Shown one piece after another: positions 10,474-20,873 of a stretch of DNA of 64,000 bases. Numbering within the stretch: position 1 is the first letter of the stretch; the number at the start of each line of letters is the position of its first letter. This DNA is from Sphingomonadales bacterium (GTDB lineage: Bacteria > Pseudomonadota > Alphaproteobacteria > Sphingomonadales > Sphingomonadaceae). The DNA is taken from the NCBI GenBank assembly GCA_043750535.1, contig JAYVBJ010000043.1, positions 104,674-168,673 on the forward strand. Reading direction: 5' to 3'. The notes beneath the pieces were generated by a model. It was given only the letters and a program-made list of their open reading frames with translations. It was not told the origin of the DNA and made no database searches. Position numbers and translations under genes: made by a program.

Positions 10474-10794
10474 CTATTCCGGACGCTCAGCAGAAATCTT
10501 TATGATGTTCCTGAACGCGACACCTATCCCTAAGAACAGGCATGCGAGCAAGAGCCAAGGTGTAGTCTCCAGAAAGCGGTCCAAGAACCACCCAACCAGC
10601 GCACCACCCGCAGGACCAGCGATCAATTCCGTCAGCACCCTGTTTCCCTGCCGCATTCCTTTGGCGGGGACTTGGTGTGCTTTGCCGGAACGAACGTCTT
10701 CCGCCTTTCGGACCTTTTTCAGCTGCATGTCTAACGAATCGAGCCGCGGGTCTTCAAGGCGTTTGCCGTCCTGCGCGGGATCTTCTGGAGCCAT
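10474..10794 (-). CDS. atpI: ATP synthase accessory protein AtpI/AtpZ family
   Basis: 'GWFLDRFLETTPW' motif; first gene of the F0 operon; start moved to ATG 10794 behind an aaagga RBS. Confidence 0.85.
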   Translation of the reverse strand: MAPEDPAQDGKRLEDPRLDSLDMQLKKVRKAEDVRSGKAHQVPAKGMRQGNRVLTELIAGPAGGALVGWFLDRFLETTPWLLLACLFLGIGVAFRNIIKISAERPE

Positions 10795-10945
10795 GTGATT
10801 CCGTCCTTTCGGGTTGCGAAACGGGCGGCCATGAAACCGGGACATCCCGCCTAGGCACGGGCGCATTAGGCGACGGCATGCGCCAAGTCAACATCGCCTG
10901 ATTGCAATTTGTGGATATAATGTTGCAGCGCGGAATGCGGACAAC

Positions 10946-10974
10946 AAAAAGCCCGCAGCTATTACGCTGCGGGC
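10946..10974 (-). terminator. Rho-independent terminator after ydbL
   Basis: gcccgcagc/gctgcgggc stem followed by a T run on the minus strand. Confidence 0.75.
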
Positions 10975-11024
10975 CTTGATTGTGTTGCCGTTCAAAAATT
11001 ACTTTTTGAACAAGGATGTCGTCA

Positions 11025-11411
11025 TTAAGGGCAGCGCGGATCCAGCACCGGCGCGGCTTCGCTCTTGGTGACCCAGCTGCCCGATGGTGTTTGATATTTC
11101 TCGCCCACCGCAACGCGTTCTACGATCAAGCGGCAACCATTGCGGAACGCCATTTCCTCAACGGTCGCACCATTGGCACTTGCCGCTTTGGTGTACGCAT
11201 CCTTGCGTTTGATGTTCAGATCCTTGACCAACGCATCAATCGCCGGTGCAGGCGCAGTGACATAGCCAAGATAGCCGTCTGGCTTCTCACCGATCAAGCC
11301 TTGATCACGTGCAGCCTGAAACGCGGGATCACGCTGCATCGCCGACGCGGCGGTTGCTGTCACGCTAAGTAGTGTCGCTGCAATCATCATTTCAACATAT
11401 TTATTCATCAA
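11025..11411 (-). CDS. YdbL/DUF1318 family protein
   Basis: Signal peptide; 'GLIGEKPDGYLG', 'NIKRKDAY', 'GEKYQ..GSW'. Confidence 0.88.
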   Translation of the reverse strand: MMNKYVEMMIAATLLSVTATAASAMQRDPAFQAARDQGLIGEKPDGYLGYVTAPAPAIDALVKDLNIKRKDAYTKAASANGATVEEMAFRNGCRLIVERVAVGEKYQTPSGSWVTKSEAAPVLDPRCP

Positions 11412-11590
11412 AAAATCTCCGGATTTTGATCAATCACCTGCTTCGAAGCCTGATCCAGCCTGTATAAAACCTCTTGCCGGATTTGGATATTCAAGTTGAT
11501 TACAATTGGCTTGTCGGGCGCCTGCACTTGCACGCAGCCCGTCATCGCCAAGGCAATCAACGGTGTGACTAAAAAGATCCTTTTCCCCAT
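11408..11590 (-). CDS. YnbE family lipoprotein (start uncertain)
   Basis: Lipobox MTGC, then 'VQVQAPDKPIVINLNI'. Confidence 0.85.
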   Translation of the reverse strand: MGKRIFLVTPLIALAMTGCVQVQAPDKPIVINLNIQIRQEVLYRLDQASKQVIDQNPEIF

Positions 11591-11672
11591 GTTACGGCGA
11601 ATCGCACTATTCATACGTTTCGTCAATTGGATGTTGTAATCGCACACACGTGCTTTCCAATGGCTGAACGGT

Positions 11673-14600
11673 CTATTCATCTTTTGGTTCACTTTCTTCT
11701 TCGCCTGTTATCGGCGGAACTCCGGCTTCGCGCTGCAATAAAAATGGCAAGCCTTGGTCGCGGGCATATTCAGCATCGTACAATCCGCGAACAGAGCTGA
11801 TCAATTGCATGAATTGAGCGCGAATGGATACATTGAACTGGATAGGGATTTTTGCCAGTTGTTTGGTAATGAAGTTCCGGCTTGCCCCTGTTCCTTGCTG
11901 CAGTCCGGCAAATTTTACTTCGGTGACGATTTCGCCGTCAATGTCCCCCGCAATGCCGATAACCAATTCATTGTAACGAATTGATTTGAGCGCATTGAAG
12001 GCAAAATTGGCGAATACTCCCATATCTTTATAGGTAAGTTCGCCAACATAGCTCACCTGCCCTCCGCCCGGCCTTGAAACCAGAGAACCGCCGACTATCC
12101 GCCCGCCTTCTTGGTTGAACACCATCGGCAATGTGCCGTCAAAGACTCCGGAAACTTGCAGGTTCTGGAAATCATATTGTTGAAGAAATTGAGCAGCATC
12201 CATGCCAACCACACGGAACGTCAAACGCCTGTCCTTGTCGATGCCAAAATCCAGAACTGTCGGCTCCAGGATCAGCTCGCCGCCGGCAAAAGGCCAAGTG
12301 CCGCCTTCTATTCCAACTTTTTTGCCGGGCAAAAGCTGATATCTGATCTTACCGTCGATTGCGGCAATGCCGGGATTAATCGACGCGATTTTGGCCAATT
12401 GGCCGGGTCCGGTTTCAAATCCAAGCAGATCGCTAAAAACAATCTCGGTTTGCAGATTTTCCACCGGGCCAAAAGCGGCGGCAACATTCATCGATTCGGT
12501 CACAAACCGGCCACTGCTTTTTACCCCATTGGCATTCCAATCAATTCGCCCGTCACCGCTAACCAAGCCGCGGGCGTTGGCAACAACGCCTAACGTCAAA
12601 GGGGTGAGAAGTTCGGGCTGGAAACCCTCATCGAAACGCAGCTTATCGACCGAGAGCAATGCGCCACCCGCACCTTGCGCAAGTGCATGGCGGATATCAA
12701 CCTGCGCCACTTGCCGTCCGGTTTTGGGTTCATGCAAGTTCCCAAGCGCGTTGATAATCCCGTTTTCCAGCGTAACCAAGGCATCGGGCACATTCATCGG
12801 TTGGAAACGGTCAACTTGCGCCTCGTCGCTTACGCGCAACGCGCCCGATAGTGACAGGTTGCCACCTCGAAAAGTCCAATCGCCTGCTGCTCCATCCAAA
12901 ATCAGCGGGACATTCGCAATATGCCCGTTTGCATCATCCAATCGCCCGGCAAAGCCGCTTTTTACCGGGCGACCAAAGATGCTGGCGATCTCGAATTCGG
13001 ATAGCTCGTTGGCAGGTCCGATTTCGACTTTAACATTGTTACTTTTGAAGCCGTCGGCGAAACTAAAGCGGAAAGCGGGCGCTTTGACCCGAATTGGCGA
13101 TTTTCCATATTCGGCGAACACATTGCTGGCGTTAAAACCCTGATCAAGATTGAACCGGACATCGCTGCCTTTTAAGTTGAGCTTTTCGCCTCCCATCGTT
13201 CCGGCGATTGCGAAATCGGGAACGCTTGTATTGAACCGCGTGCCGCCACTTCCCGCTTGCAATATGCTGCCCCCGCCATTTGGACATAGCCTGATGCTTT
13301 GCGCCGACAGTAGAAAATTGGAATAGCGAACGCCTTGAAACGTAAGGTTTTGGCAGCTTTGATAGAGCGAAAGGTTGCGCCCGTCCCATCGCGCATCGAT
13401 GGGAACATTTAAAGCCGTGATGAAGCCTTCGGGCAACGGCCCCGTCACCAATGCACGGCCGGAAAATTTCCAAGCGCCGCCGGGCGACCCTGAAAACGCA
13501 AGATCGGGTATCGCCAGGCTCGCGCCATCGGCGGCATATTGTTGCAGTTGTAGCGAGCCGCTCCACGCACTGCCACGCCCCTGCGCCAGTGCAACATTGG
13601 CTGTCGGCAATCCGCCGCCTGACATCGCTAGCTCTATTGATGAGCCCAAGCTCCATTTGCCGTTAAATCCATTCAGTTCCGCAAGTCCGCTTTGCGTCAA
13701 CTTTGTTCCAGACCGGCTAATCATCGCGAACCTGTCGATCAGAACATTGACATGACCGTCGGTTTCGACATTGGCATCATACCGCGCCAACGCATCGAAC
13801 TTGGATATGGCACTTCGCAATTGCGGCCGAATGCGTGCGAGCAATGGACCTACCGGAGATTTACTCGCTTGCGCCGTTACATCATCCAGCGCAGCCAGAT
13901 AGCTATCGTTCAATGTGCCGCCCTGCACCGCAACATCGCCGCGCGCACTTACGTCAAAACCCGATGCCGCAAGGCCCAGCTTTCCTTTGGCTGACGCGCT
14001 AACATTACGGGCGTTAAAGGGACGGCTGGCAAAACTGGCGCTCTTTATCTGGGTTTCAAAATTCGTCCGTTGTTTGTTGCCATCAAATTTTAACGACCCT
14101 CTTGGTTTGCCGAATGCCGCTTCATTTGTTTGGATAGTATCAGCAGAATAGTCAGCCTCCCCCAACCAGTTATCAAATTGTTCGGACAGCCGCGCATCGG
14201 CATCAATGGTTACATTGGAAGCCGCAAAGCCGGATCGCCCGCATTTCAGTTTATCGGCTGAAATCGGCCCAATCAAATTCGGCTGCCTAAAATCGAGCAC
14301 ATACCGGCCATCGAAATGAACATTTTGCGCTCGGCAATCCTGGTATTCAATCGTCGGCGCACGGACAGCCAGAAACCCTTCAAACCCCTGCCGCAACAGG
14401 CCAGATCCATCCAGCCCGGCACCAATTACCCCCCACGGCGTATCCAGCCGAACCCGCGCTGCGTTCAAATCCAACGCGATGTCGGGAAGCTCGAACGGTT
14501 CTTTGCTGTCGGGATCGGTAAATTTGTCGAGTTCACCAAAGCTTAGTTTTCCGTCACGATATGCGCCGTTTAGGCTGACACCAGACGCTCTTACCTCTCG

Positions 14601-14927
14601 CGGCGTGACACCGGAAAAGTTGATGGCGACATCAATCTCCAACCAGTCGGCTTTCAAATCCGGATTTTTCGGATCGCCAATCACGACATTTTCAAGCCGC
14701 TGGGTCCGCAGCCCGACATCCTTGATATTAAAACTCGCTTCGATACCTAACTCTTTGATCTTATCGCGCAGCAAATTGTTAGCAAGATCCATGCGTTGCC
14801 AATACGCAATGGCTAACAGCAAAAACAAAAGCAGAAAAACCGCGCCAAAAATTAAGCGCGGAATCCTCCGGCGCTTCGGCTTTACATCGATAGCATCATA
14901 GTCGGTTTCATCCGCCATTTCCTGCAA
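11673..14927 (-). CDS. YdbH family AsmA-like (bridge-type lipid transport) protein
   Basis: N-terminal TM, long beta-rich body, C-terminal 'SGVFDGTLP..GGGQVSY..ALKSIRY'; ydbH-ynbE-ydbL operon. Confidence 0.85.
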   Translation of the reverse strand: MQEMADETDYDAIDVKPKRRRIPRLIFGAVFLLLFLLLAIAYWQRMDLANNLLRDKIKELGIEASFNIKDVGLRTQRLENVVIGDPKNPDLKADWLEIDVAINFSGVTPREVRASGVSLNGAYRDGKLSFGELDKFTDPDSKEPFELPDIALDLNAARVRLDTPWGVIGAGLDGSGLLRQGFEGFLAVRAPTIEYQDCRAQNVHFDGRYVLDFRQPNLIGPISADKLKCGRSGFAASNVTIDADARLSEQFDNWLGEADYSADTIQTNEAAFGKPRGSLKFDGNKQRTNFETQIKSASFASRPFNARNVSASAKGKLGLAASGFDVSARGDVAVQGGTLNDSYLAALDDVTAQASKSPVGPLLARIRPQLRSAISKFDALARYDANVETDGHVNVLIDRFAMISRSGTKLTQSGLAELNGFNGKWSLGSSIELAMSGGGLPTANVALAQGRGSAWSGSLQLQQYAADGASLAIPDLAFSGSPGGAWKFSGRALVTGPLPEGFITALNVPIDARWDGRNLSLYQSCQNLTFQGVRYSNFLLSAQSIRLCPNGGGSILQAGSGGTRFNTSVPDFAIAGTMGGEKLNLKGSDVRFNLDQGFNASNVFAEYGKSPIRVKAPAFRFSFADGFKSNNVKVEIGPANELSEFEIASIFGRPVKSGFAGRLDDANGHIANVPLILDGAAGDWTFRGGNLSLSGALRVSDEAQVDRFQPMNVPDALVTLENGIINALGNLHEPKTGRQVAQVDIRHALAQGAGGALLSVDKLRFDEGFQPELLTPLTLGVVANARGLVSGDGRIDWNANGVKSSGRFVTESMNVAAAFGPVENLQTEIVFSDLLGFETGPGQLAKIASINPGIAAIDGKIRYQLLPGKKVGIEGGTWPFAGGELILEPTVLDFGIDKDRRLTFRVVGMDAAQFLQQYDFQNLQVSGVFDGTLPMVFNQEGGRIVGGSLVSRPGGGQVSYVGELTYKDMGVFANFAFNALKSIRYNELVIGIAGDIDGEIVTEVKFAGLQQGTGASRNFITKQLAKIPIQFNVSIRAQFMQLISSVRGLYDAEYARDQGLPFLLQREAGVPPITGEEESEPKDE

Positions 14928-15033
14928 ATGCGGGAAAGCTGCACAGGTTGCAACTTAGTTTGTGGCAAAGGGTCTTGCGTAGCCGACGAAAATCGCAGAC
15001 ACAGTCTACACAATGCACGGATCATATTGAAAC

Positions 15034-15720
15034 ATGGATGTAAAAATCGAAGCGGACGGCGCGGGACACCGCAGCAGGCTGCGCGGAAGGCTGCTTGAAA
15101 AAGGTGGTGACGCCTTGCTGGACCATGAACTTGTTGAATATCTACTCGCCCTGGCAATACCTCGCCGCGATACTAAGCCACTCGCGAAACAGTTGATTGC
15201 TCATTACGGCAGCTTTGCTGCGCTGCTGTCCGCCGACGCTGTGAATATTGCACGGCAGCCGGGCATGGGAGAAACCAGCACGGCCGCGCTCAAAATAGTC
15301 CAAGCCGCCGCACTGCGAATGTTGAGTGAGCCCGTCCGCGAAATGCCGGTTTTGGCGAGTTGGCAGTCCCTTCTCGACTATCTCCGCGCCGACATGGCCC
15401 ATCTGACGACGGAGCGCGTGCGGGTGCTTTATCTGAACAGCAAAAACCAATTGGTGCGCGACGAAATCGCCGGAGAAGGTTCGATTGACCAAGCCCCGAT
15501 CTATGTCCGCGAAGTCATTCGCCGCGCCATAGATTTGGGAGCCGCTGCCATCATCCTAGTCCACAATCATCCAAGCGGCGATAGCGCGCCCAGCCGCCAA
15601 GACATCACCCTTACCCGCGAAATAATGGAAGCCGGTAAAAGGTTGGGGATCGTTGTGCACGATCACATAATCGTCGGGAAAGACGGCTTTTCCAGTATGC
15701 GCTCCGCCGGATTGCTATAA
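15034..15720 (+). CDS. radC: RadC family JAB-domain protein
   Basis: GHRSRLR, HhH, 'HNHPSGD..S..D', 'HDHIIVG'. Confidence 0.95.
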   Translation: MDVKIEADGAGHRSRLRGRLLEKGGDALLDHELVEYLLALAIPRRDTKPLAKQLIAHYGSFAALLSADAVNIARQPGMGETSTAALKIVQAAALRMLSEPVREMPVLASWQSLLDYLRADMAHLTTERVRVLYLNSKNQLVRDEIAGEGSIDQAPIYVREVIRRAIDLGAAAIILVHNHPSGDSAPSRQDITLTREIMEAGKRLGIVVHDHIIVGKDGFSSMRSAGLL

Positions 15721-15727
15721 CCGCGAA

Positions 15728-16924
15728 CTACCGATGCAGTTTCACGCTGTACCGTTTCGCCACATCCATGACGCCGTTGCCATAGCTTTCATAAGAATCT
15801 GCGCCCCTTGTTTCCTCTATATGCGACGTCGCAGCCAACAGCCGTTGAAACGTCAGCCGCATTTCCGCGCGTGCCATTATGATGCCAAGGCAGGTATGAA
15901 TTCCGCTGCCGAAAGCGATATGGCGATTGGGGCTGCGGTCGATCAGGAACTCTTCGGGCCGGTCAAACACTTCCGGATCCCGGTTCGCCGAAGCATTCCA
16001 CAAAATCACGGAATCGCCCGCGGCAATTTTTACGCCATCAATCTCACTGTCATGCACGGCAACGCGCTCATGCCGGCGCAGCGTACCGCGATAGCGAAAC
16101 ATTTCTTCAATCGCGCTGTTCATCAAACCATTATTTTGGCGCAGCATGGCGAATTGATCGGGATGCCGGATAAGTTCTTGCATCCCGTGGACGATCATGT
16201 TGGTCGTTGTCTCAAGTCCAGCCGCGATCATCAACGCGCATATCGCGGCAATTTCGCGTGGCTCGGTCAAATGCTCTGAAAGCGAAGACAATATGCTGGG
16301 CGTTTTCGTCTTCTTCAGCACTTCGACATGCTGGATAAAATAGAATCCAAACTCCCAACCGACTTTGGCGACAATCTCTTCAATCTCCGGATGTGGCTCT
16401 TTCCAGAACAATCCCTTGCCGTAATGGGCCGCGACCAACATCGCCTTGGACCGGATAAACTCACGGTCTTCGTCGGGGATACCGCAAATCTTGCAGATCA
16501 AGCCGTTGACGATCGGACCGGCAAAATCCTCAACAAGGTCAATTTCGCCAGTGCCAAGGCATTTTTCCATCGCCACGTCGATTTCGCGGTCAATGATCGC
16601 ATCAAAGCTGTTCACCGAAACCGGCATGAAGAACGGTGCCATCAACTTGCGGTAGCGCGTGTGATCTGGCGGATCGTCTCCAACCATGATCGATGCGATA
16701 CCAAAGCCGCGCTTCTTCATAATTTCGGAGCGCCCTGATGACCAATTTTCCCAATCTTGCAACATCGGAACCACGTCGGAATGCCTAAACACGGACACTG
16801 CCGGGATCATCGTACCCTCGTGCCGGAAAACGCGGCAATTTTCGCGCATCAAGCGAATGTTGGTATAGAAATCCCGGTCAAAATTCGCTGAGGTAGGATC
16901 GAACTCAATTGCGTCGCTGGTCAT
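15728..16924 (-). CDS. Cytochrome P450
   Basis: I-helix AGLETT, ExxR (EEMFR), heme thiolate motif FGSGIHTCLG. Confidence 0.96.
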   Translation of the reverse strand: MTSDAIEFDPTSANFDRDFYTNIRLMRENCRVFRHEGTMIPAVSVFRHSDVVPMLQDWENWSSGRSEIMKKRGFGIASIMVGDDPPDHTRYRKLMAPFFMPVSVNSFDAIIDREIDVAMEKCLGTGEIDLVEDFAGPIVNGLICKICGIPDEDREFIRSKAMLVAAHYGKGLFWKEPHPEIEEIVAKVGWEFGFYFIQHVEVLKKTKTPSILSSLSEHLTEPREIAAICALMIAAGLETTTNMIVHGMQELIRHPDQFAMLRQNNGLMNSAIEEMFRYRGTLRRHERVAVHDSEIDGVKIAAGDSVILWNASANRDPEVFDRPEEFLIDRSPNRHIAFGSGIHTCLGIIMARAEMRLTFQRLLAATSHIEETRGADSYESYGNGVMDVAKRYSVKLHR

Positions 16925-16990
16925 TCTGTATCCCTGTGAAGTCGGCCAAAATTTCTATCGACTACGGGATTAGGCAAAATCAGCCGTGCG

Positions 16991-17305
16991 TCAAGCCTGC
17001 GGAATATGAACGACCAGCCCATCCAACGCTTCGTCCAATGTTAGCTGGCACGCAAGGCGGCTATACTTCTGCCGCGACAAAGTGCCATGCAGCAGAAATG
17101 CTTCTTCGCCGTCGGCTTCGCCTACCCGTACCGCCCAGGCTTCATCAACGATGACATGGCACGTTCCGCACGCCAAAAAACCGCCGCATACACCGGGGAT
17201 GCCATCGTGATTGGCTTCGACGGCGATATCACGGACCGTATCACCGGCTTGCCCCGTAAGCCGCAGGACAACGCCATCGCAGCTGGTTATTTCAAATGAT
17301 ATCAT
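16991..17305 (-). CDS. 2Fe-2S ferredoxin (adrenodoxin/putidaredoxin type)
   Basis: CGGFLACGTCH ... SRLAC. Confidence 0.93.
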   Translation of the reverse strand: MISFEITSCDGVVLRLTGQAGDTVRDIAVEANHDGIPGVCGGFLACGTCHVIVDEAWAVRVGEADGEEAFLLHGTLSRQKYSRLACQLTLDEALDGLVVHIPQA

Positions 17306-17343
17306 GCTGATGTGTCAAACGAGCTGATCCGGCCTGCCGGGTA

Positions 17344-17682
17344 TCAATCACCCTCGCCAGGTTCAGCGGAGAAATATTTGTCAAACTTGCCTTCTTCGCC
17401 CTTATGCTCATCGGCATCGGCGGGCGGTTCACGGCTGGTCGTTATATTTGGCCATTCCGCGCTGTAGGTAGCATTCAGTTCCAGCCATTGCTCCAAACCG
17501 CTTTCGGTATCGGGCAAGATGGCTTCTGCAGGGCATTCGGGTTCACACACACCGCAATCGATACATTCGCTGGGGTTGATGACCAACATATTGTCACCTT
17601 CGTAAAAGCAATCCACCGGACATACTTCCACACAATCCATATATTTGCATTTGATGCAGGCATCGGTAACGACATAAGTCAT
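17344..17682 (-). CDS. fdxA: 7Fe ferredoxin FdxA
   Basis: [29 protein letters not shown] ... [12 protein letters not shown]. Confidence 0.96.
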   Translation of the reverse strand: MTYVVTDACIKCKYMDCVEVCPVDCFYEGDNMLVINPSECIDCGVCEPECPAEAILPDTESGLEQWLELNATYSAEWPNITTSREPPADADEHKGEEGKFDKYFSAEPGEGD

Positions 17683-17811
17683 GGGTTATGAACTCCCTCT
17701 TTCTTAAGGCCGACACGCTCAGCCAGTTCTTATTGTTACGCCTATTGTGACTAGCCGCATGAAGTCAACAATCTGTTACCTCATGGGGCGATTTTTCTTT
17801 GCGAGTCATTC

Positions 17812-18078
17812 TCATAATAAGGAATAACATGCCGCCGCCTCTGCTGCCGGCCCCCGCCTTGCCGGTATCGACAATATTCGGATTGCGATAATATCGTCGC
17901 CGCGCGCCAATGTGATCACGTCGTCCACATGCACCAGAAAGCTATTACGTTCCAAGCGTTTGCTGTTGATCCGAACATGGCCACCAGCGATCGCCAGTTG
18001 CGCCAAACTGCGGCTTTTGAACAACCGCACATGCCAAAGAAACTTGTCGGCACGTATCGAATCGGCAGGCGCGCCCAG
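17812..18078 (-). CDS. S4-domain RNA-binding protein (Hsp15/HslR-like); start probably non-canonical
   Basis: The frame reads SIRADKFLWHVRLFKSRSLAQ, which extends upstream of the ORF-track GTG at 18030. Confidence 0.8.
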   Translation of the reverse strand: MGAPADSIRADKFLWHVRLFKSRSLAQLAIAGGHVRINSKRLERNSFLVHVDDVITLARGDDIIAIRILSIPARRGPAAEAAACYSLL

Positions 18079-18080
18079 AA

Positions 18081-20861
18081 CTATTTTGCCTTTTGCGAGG
18101 GCAAAATTTGCAACGCCGCCAGTTGCAGCGCGAGCGACGATGGCGCAGCAGGTTCGGGCTTCGCACGAGCCGCATCCGGGCGCGGCGTTTGCGGCTTCCC
18201 ACTTTGACGCCTATTTTTGCCGTCATCGCTGCGCGCCGGTTTATCATGCACGCGCTTGTCTGGACGGCGGTCATTGGACGCTGGTTTGACAGTGCGAATG
18301 CCGACCCACCGCCAGTGCGACAATATTGATTCGGCTATGTCGGTTGACGTTGGGACTTCTACGGCGACCGCTTCAATGGCTTGCGGATCGACCAACTCCA
18401 CCTTGCCGGCCACTGCGACAGGTACAACTTCAACCTCCGCAATATCGGCAGCGATTGTCTTTGGCGCATCAATCTTCTTGAAACCTGCGTCACGCATCAA
18501 CGCATTTAGGCCCGCTTCGCTAACGCCAAGCGAGGTGACAAAGACCATATCCATACCAAATGCCATACCCTGCCCGCGTGCCTCATGCGCTTTTTTGATC
18601 ACGCGCTCGGCAAGGTCAATTCGCAAATACTCATCGCCGATCTTGCGATAGCCCGCGTTTCGGCAATCGGAAATTGATTTGAAATGCCAGTCCTTCAAAT
18701 GCACGGCGCTTTCGGGGGGTAATTCTTGCATCGGTTTTGCATCACGCGCCGCAAACAATGCTGCGCGCCATTTGGCTGCCGCTGGTTTTAGTGCTGCATG
18801 ATGATAGACATCAAGCGCACCGAATACGATCCCGCTTTTGCGAGCCGCACCGCGCGCTTCTTTTGGCAATGCCGCCATGGCATCAGCAAGAAATGCACGT
18901 CCGGCAATACCGCCTTCTTCAGCCAATTGCGCCGCCAACGCCCGGACATTACCGTCAACACCCGCGTCTTGAGTCAATGCCTGCAGAGCAACAATTCCGC
19001 CCAAATGCTTTTCCAGCTGCGCCGCGATCCAGGCCTCTGCCCGTATCGTCACATCGCGCAGTGCGTCGCCTTCGAGCTCACCGACAGCGCGCACAGGTTT
19101 GAACACAGGTGAAATTAAGTTACGGCCCTTTTCAAGGCGGCCCAATATACCCCCCTGATAATAAACCGCAGGGTGGCCCTGCTCATCCGCATTGATTGCG
19201 AATTCAATATCGCCCGCCATCTTCACATCCTTCGCCTTCTGCCGCAATAAAACCGTCAAATGCCGTTCAGCAGCGGCCAGCAAAAGTTTTCGCTCACCCG
19301 CTTTTGCCCCCGCATCAACCCGAAACGCAAATCCGTCAAGTGTACCAATATTTTCGCCATCAACCAGCACCCGATTTTCAGCATCAATTTCCACCGGAAG
19401 CAATGCACTTTCTATACTGGCATTGCGCATCAAAGTCGTTGTTCGCCGGTCAACAAATCGCTGCCGTAATGCGGCATGCAGCGCATCGGATAGCTTTTCT
19501 TCGATGGCCTTGGCTTGCGCGCCGATAATGATCGGTTCCGCCAACCAATCCGCCCTATGCGCGATATAGGACCATGTCCGTACTGCGGCGATACGTTGCG
19601 AAATTGTCGCGACGTCGCCTTGTGTGCTGTCCAACCGCGAAATTTCTGCGGCAACATAAGCATGCGGCAAGTGACCGAAACCGGTCGCCAGATATTGCCA
19701 CAAATTTGCGATAAAGCGGCTGTGCGGTTCGGCGCCCAATTGCCGAAAGTCTGGCAGGCAGGCCGCCTCCCACAGCCGCTTGACTAAGACAGGCCTGTTC
19801 ACCAAGTCGGTGACTTCGGGCATTTCAGACAGCCGTTTTAATACATCGAGGTCAATCGCCTGGGGCGCGGCGCGCAGACCCGGCTCGGTCGGCTTCAACT
19901 CCAAATCTTCGATCAGCGCGGCAATATTGTCAAACCTGGGTTCTGCCTCACGCCAGTAAAGCCAATCCAGCGCCGCAAACCTGTGATCTTCGACGGCCAG
20001 TATCTCGTCTGCGGTCATTTCACCCGATTCACCGGCCAGCGTACCAAAGGTTCCGTTTTTCTGATGCCGGCCCGCACGCCCCGCGATTTGCGCCATTTCA
20101 GCGGCAGTCAGCCTCCGCCGCCGCGAACCGTCAAATTTGGCAAGACCAGCGAAAGCGACATGGACAACATCTAGGTTAAGTCCCATTCCAATGGCATCGG
20201 TGGCCACCAGATAATCGACCTCGCCCGACTGAAACATTTCAACTTGCGCGTTGCGTGTCCGCGGCGACAGCGCGCCCATGACGACGGCGCAACCACCGCG
20301 CAATCGCCGCAAAGTTTCCGCCACTGCATAAACTTGTTCCACCGAAAATCCTACTATCGCCGACCGTTTAGGCAGCCGCGACAGCTTTTTTGCGCCTGCA
20401 TAGCTTAGCGTTGAAAAACGCGGGCGTGTTGTAATTTCGGCTTCGGGCAGCAGTTTACGGATCAATGGCCGCAGGCTCTCCGATCCCAATATCATCGTCT
20501 CACTATACCCGCGGGCATGCAGTATGCGGTCTGTGAAAATATGTCCGCGTTCGGGGTCCGCGCCCAATTGTGCTTCGTCAATGGCAACGAAGGCAAACTC
20601 CCGGTCAAGGTTCATCGATTCGACGGTGCAACAATAATACCGGGCATTGGGTGGTTCGATTTTTTCTTCACCGGTGATCAACGCGACCTGCGATACGCCT
20701 TTTATCTTCACCACACGGTCATATATTTCCCGCGCCAACAAACGCAGCGGAAATCCCATCATCCCGCTAGCGTGCGCGCACATGCGTTCGACCGCAAGGT
20801 GAGTTTTGCCAGTATTTGTAGGGCCCAGAATTGCTGTTAACGAGGCGCGCTCATTGGACAT
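18081..20861 (-). CDS. SUV3/MgpS-like SF2 helicase
   Basis: GPTNTGKTH, DEAQ, ATDAIGMGLN, QIAGRAGR. Confidence 0.92.
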   Translation of the reverse strand: MSNERASLTAILGPTNTGKTHLAVERMCAHASGMMGFPLRLLAREIYDRVVKIKGVSQVALITGEEKIEPPNARYYCCTVESMNLDREFAFVAIDEAQLGADPERGHIFTDRILHARGYSETMILGSESLRPLIRKLLPEAEITTRPRFSTLSYAGAKKLSRLPKRSAIVGFSVEQVYAVAETLRRLRGGCAVVMGALSPRTRNAQVEMFQSGEVDYLVATDAIGMGLNLDVVHVAFAGLAKFDGSRRRRLTAAEMAQIAGRAGRHQKNGTFGTLAGESGEMTADEILAVEDHRFAALDWLYWREAEPRFDNIAALIEDLELKPTEPGLRAAPQAIDLDVLKRLSEMPEVTDLVNRPVLVKRLWEAACLPDFRQLGAEPHSRFIANLWQYLATGFGHLPHAYVAAEISRLDSTQGDVATISQRIAAVRTWSYIAHRADWLAEPIIIGAQAKAIEEKLSDALHAALRQRFVDRRTTTLMRNASIESALLPVEIDAENRVLVDGENIGTLDGFAFRVDAGAKAGERKLLLAAAERHLTVLLRQKAKDVKMAGDIEFAINADEQGHPAVYYQGGILGRLEKGRNLISPVFKPVRAVGELEGDALRDVTIRAEAWIAAQLEKHLGGIVALQALTQDAGVDGNVRALAAQLAEEGGIAGRAFLADAMAALPKEARGAARKSGIVFGALDVYHHAALKPAAAKWRAALFAARDAKPMQELPPESAVHLKDWHFKSISDCRNAGYRKIGDEYLRIDLAERVIKKAHEARGQGMAFGMDMVFVTSLGVSEAGLNALMRDAGFKKIDAPKTIAADIAEVEVVPVAVAGKVELVDPQAIEAVAVEVPTSTDIAESILSHWRWVGIRTVKPASNDRRPDKRVHDKPARSDDGKNRRQSGKPQTPRPDAARAKPEPAAPSSLALQLAALQILPSQKAK

Positions 20862-20873
20862 TTTGATGGGGTT

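Noticed and set aside
15034-15720. radC as a mobile-element marker
   Set aside because: Full-length chromosomal type with HhH in a housekeeping context; no integrase or conjugation genes.
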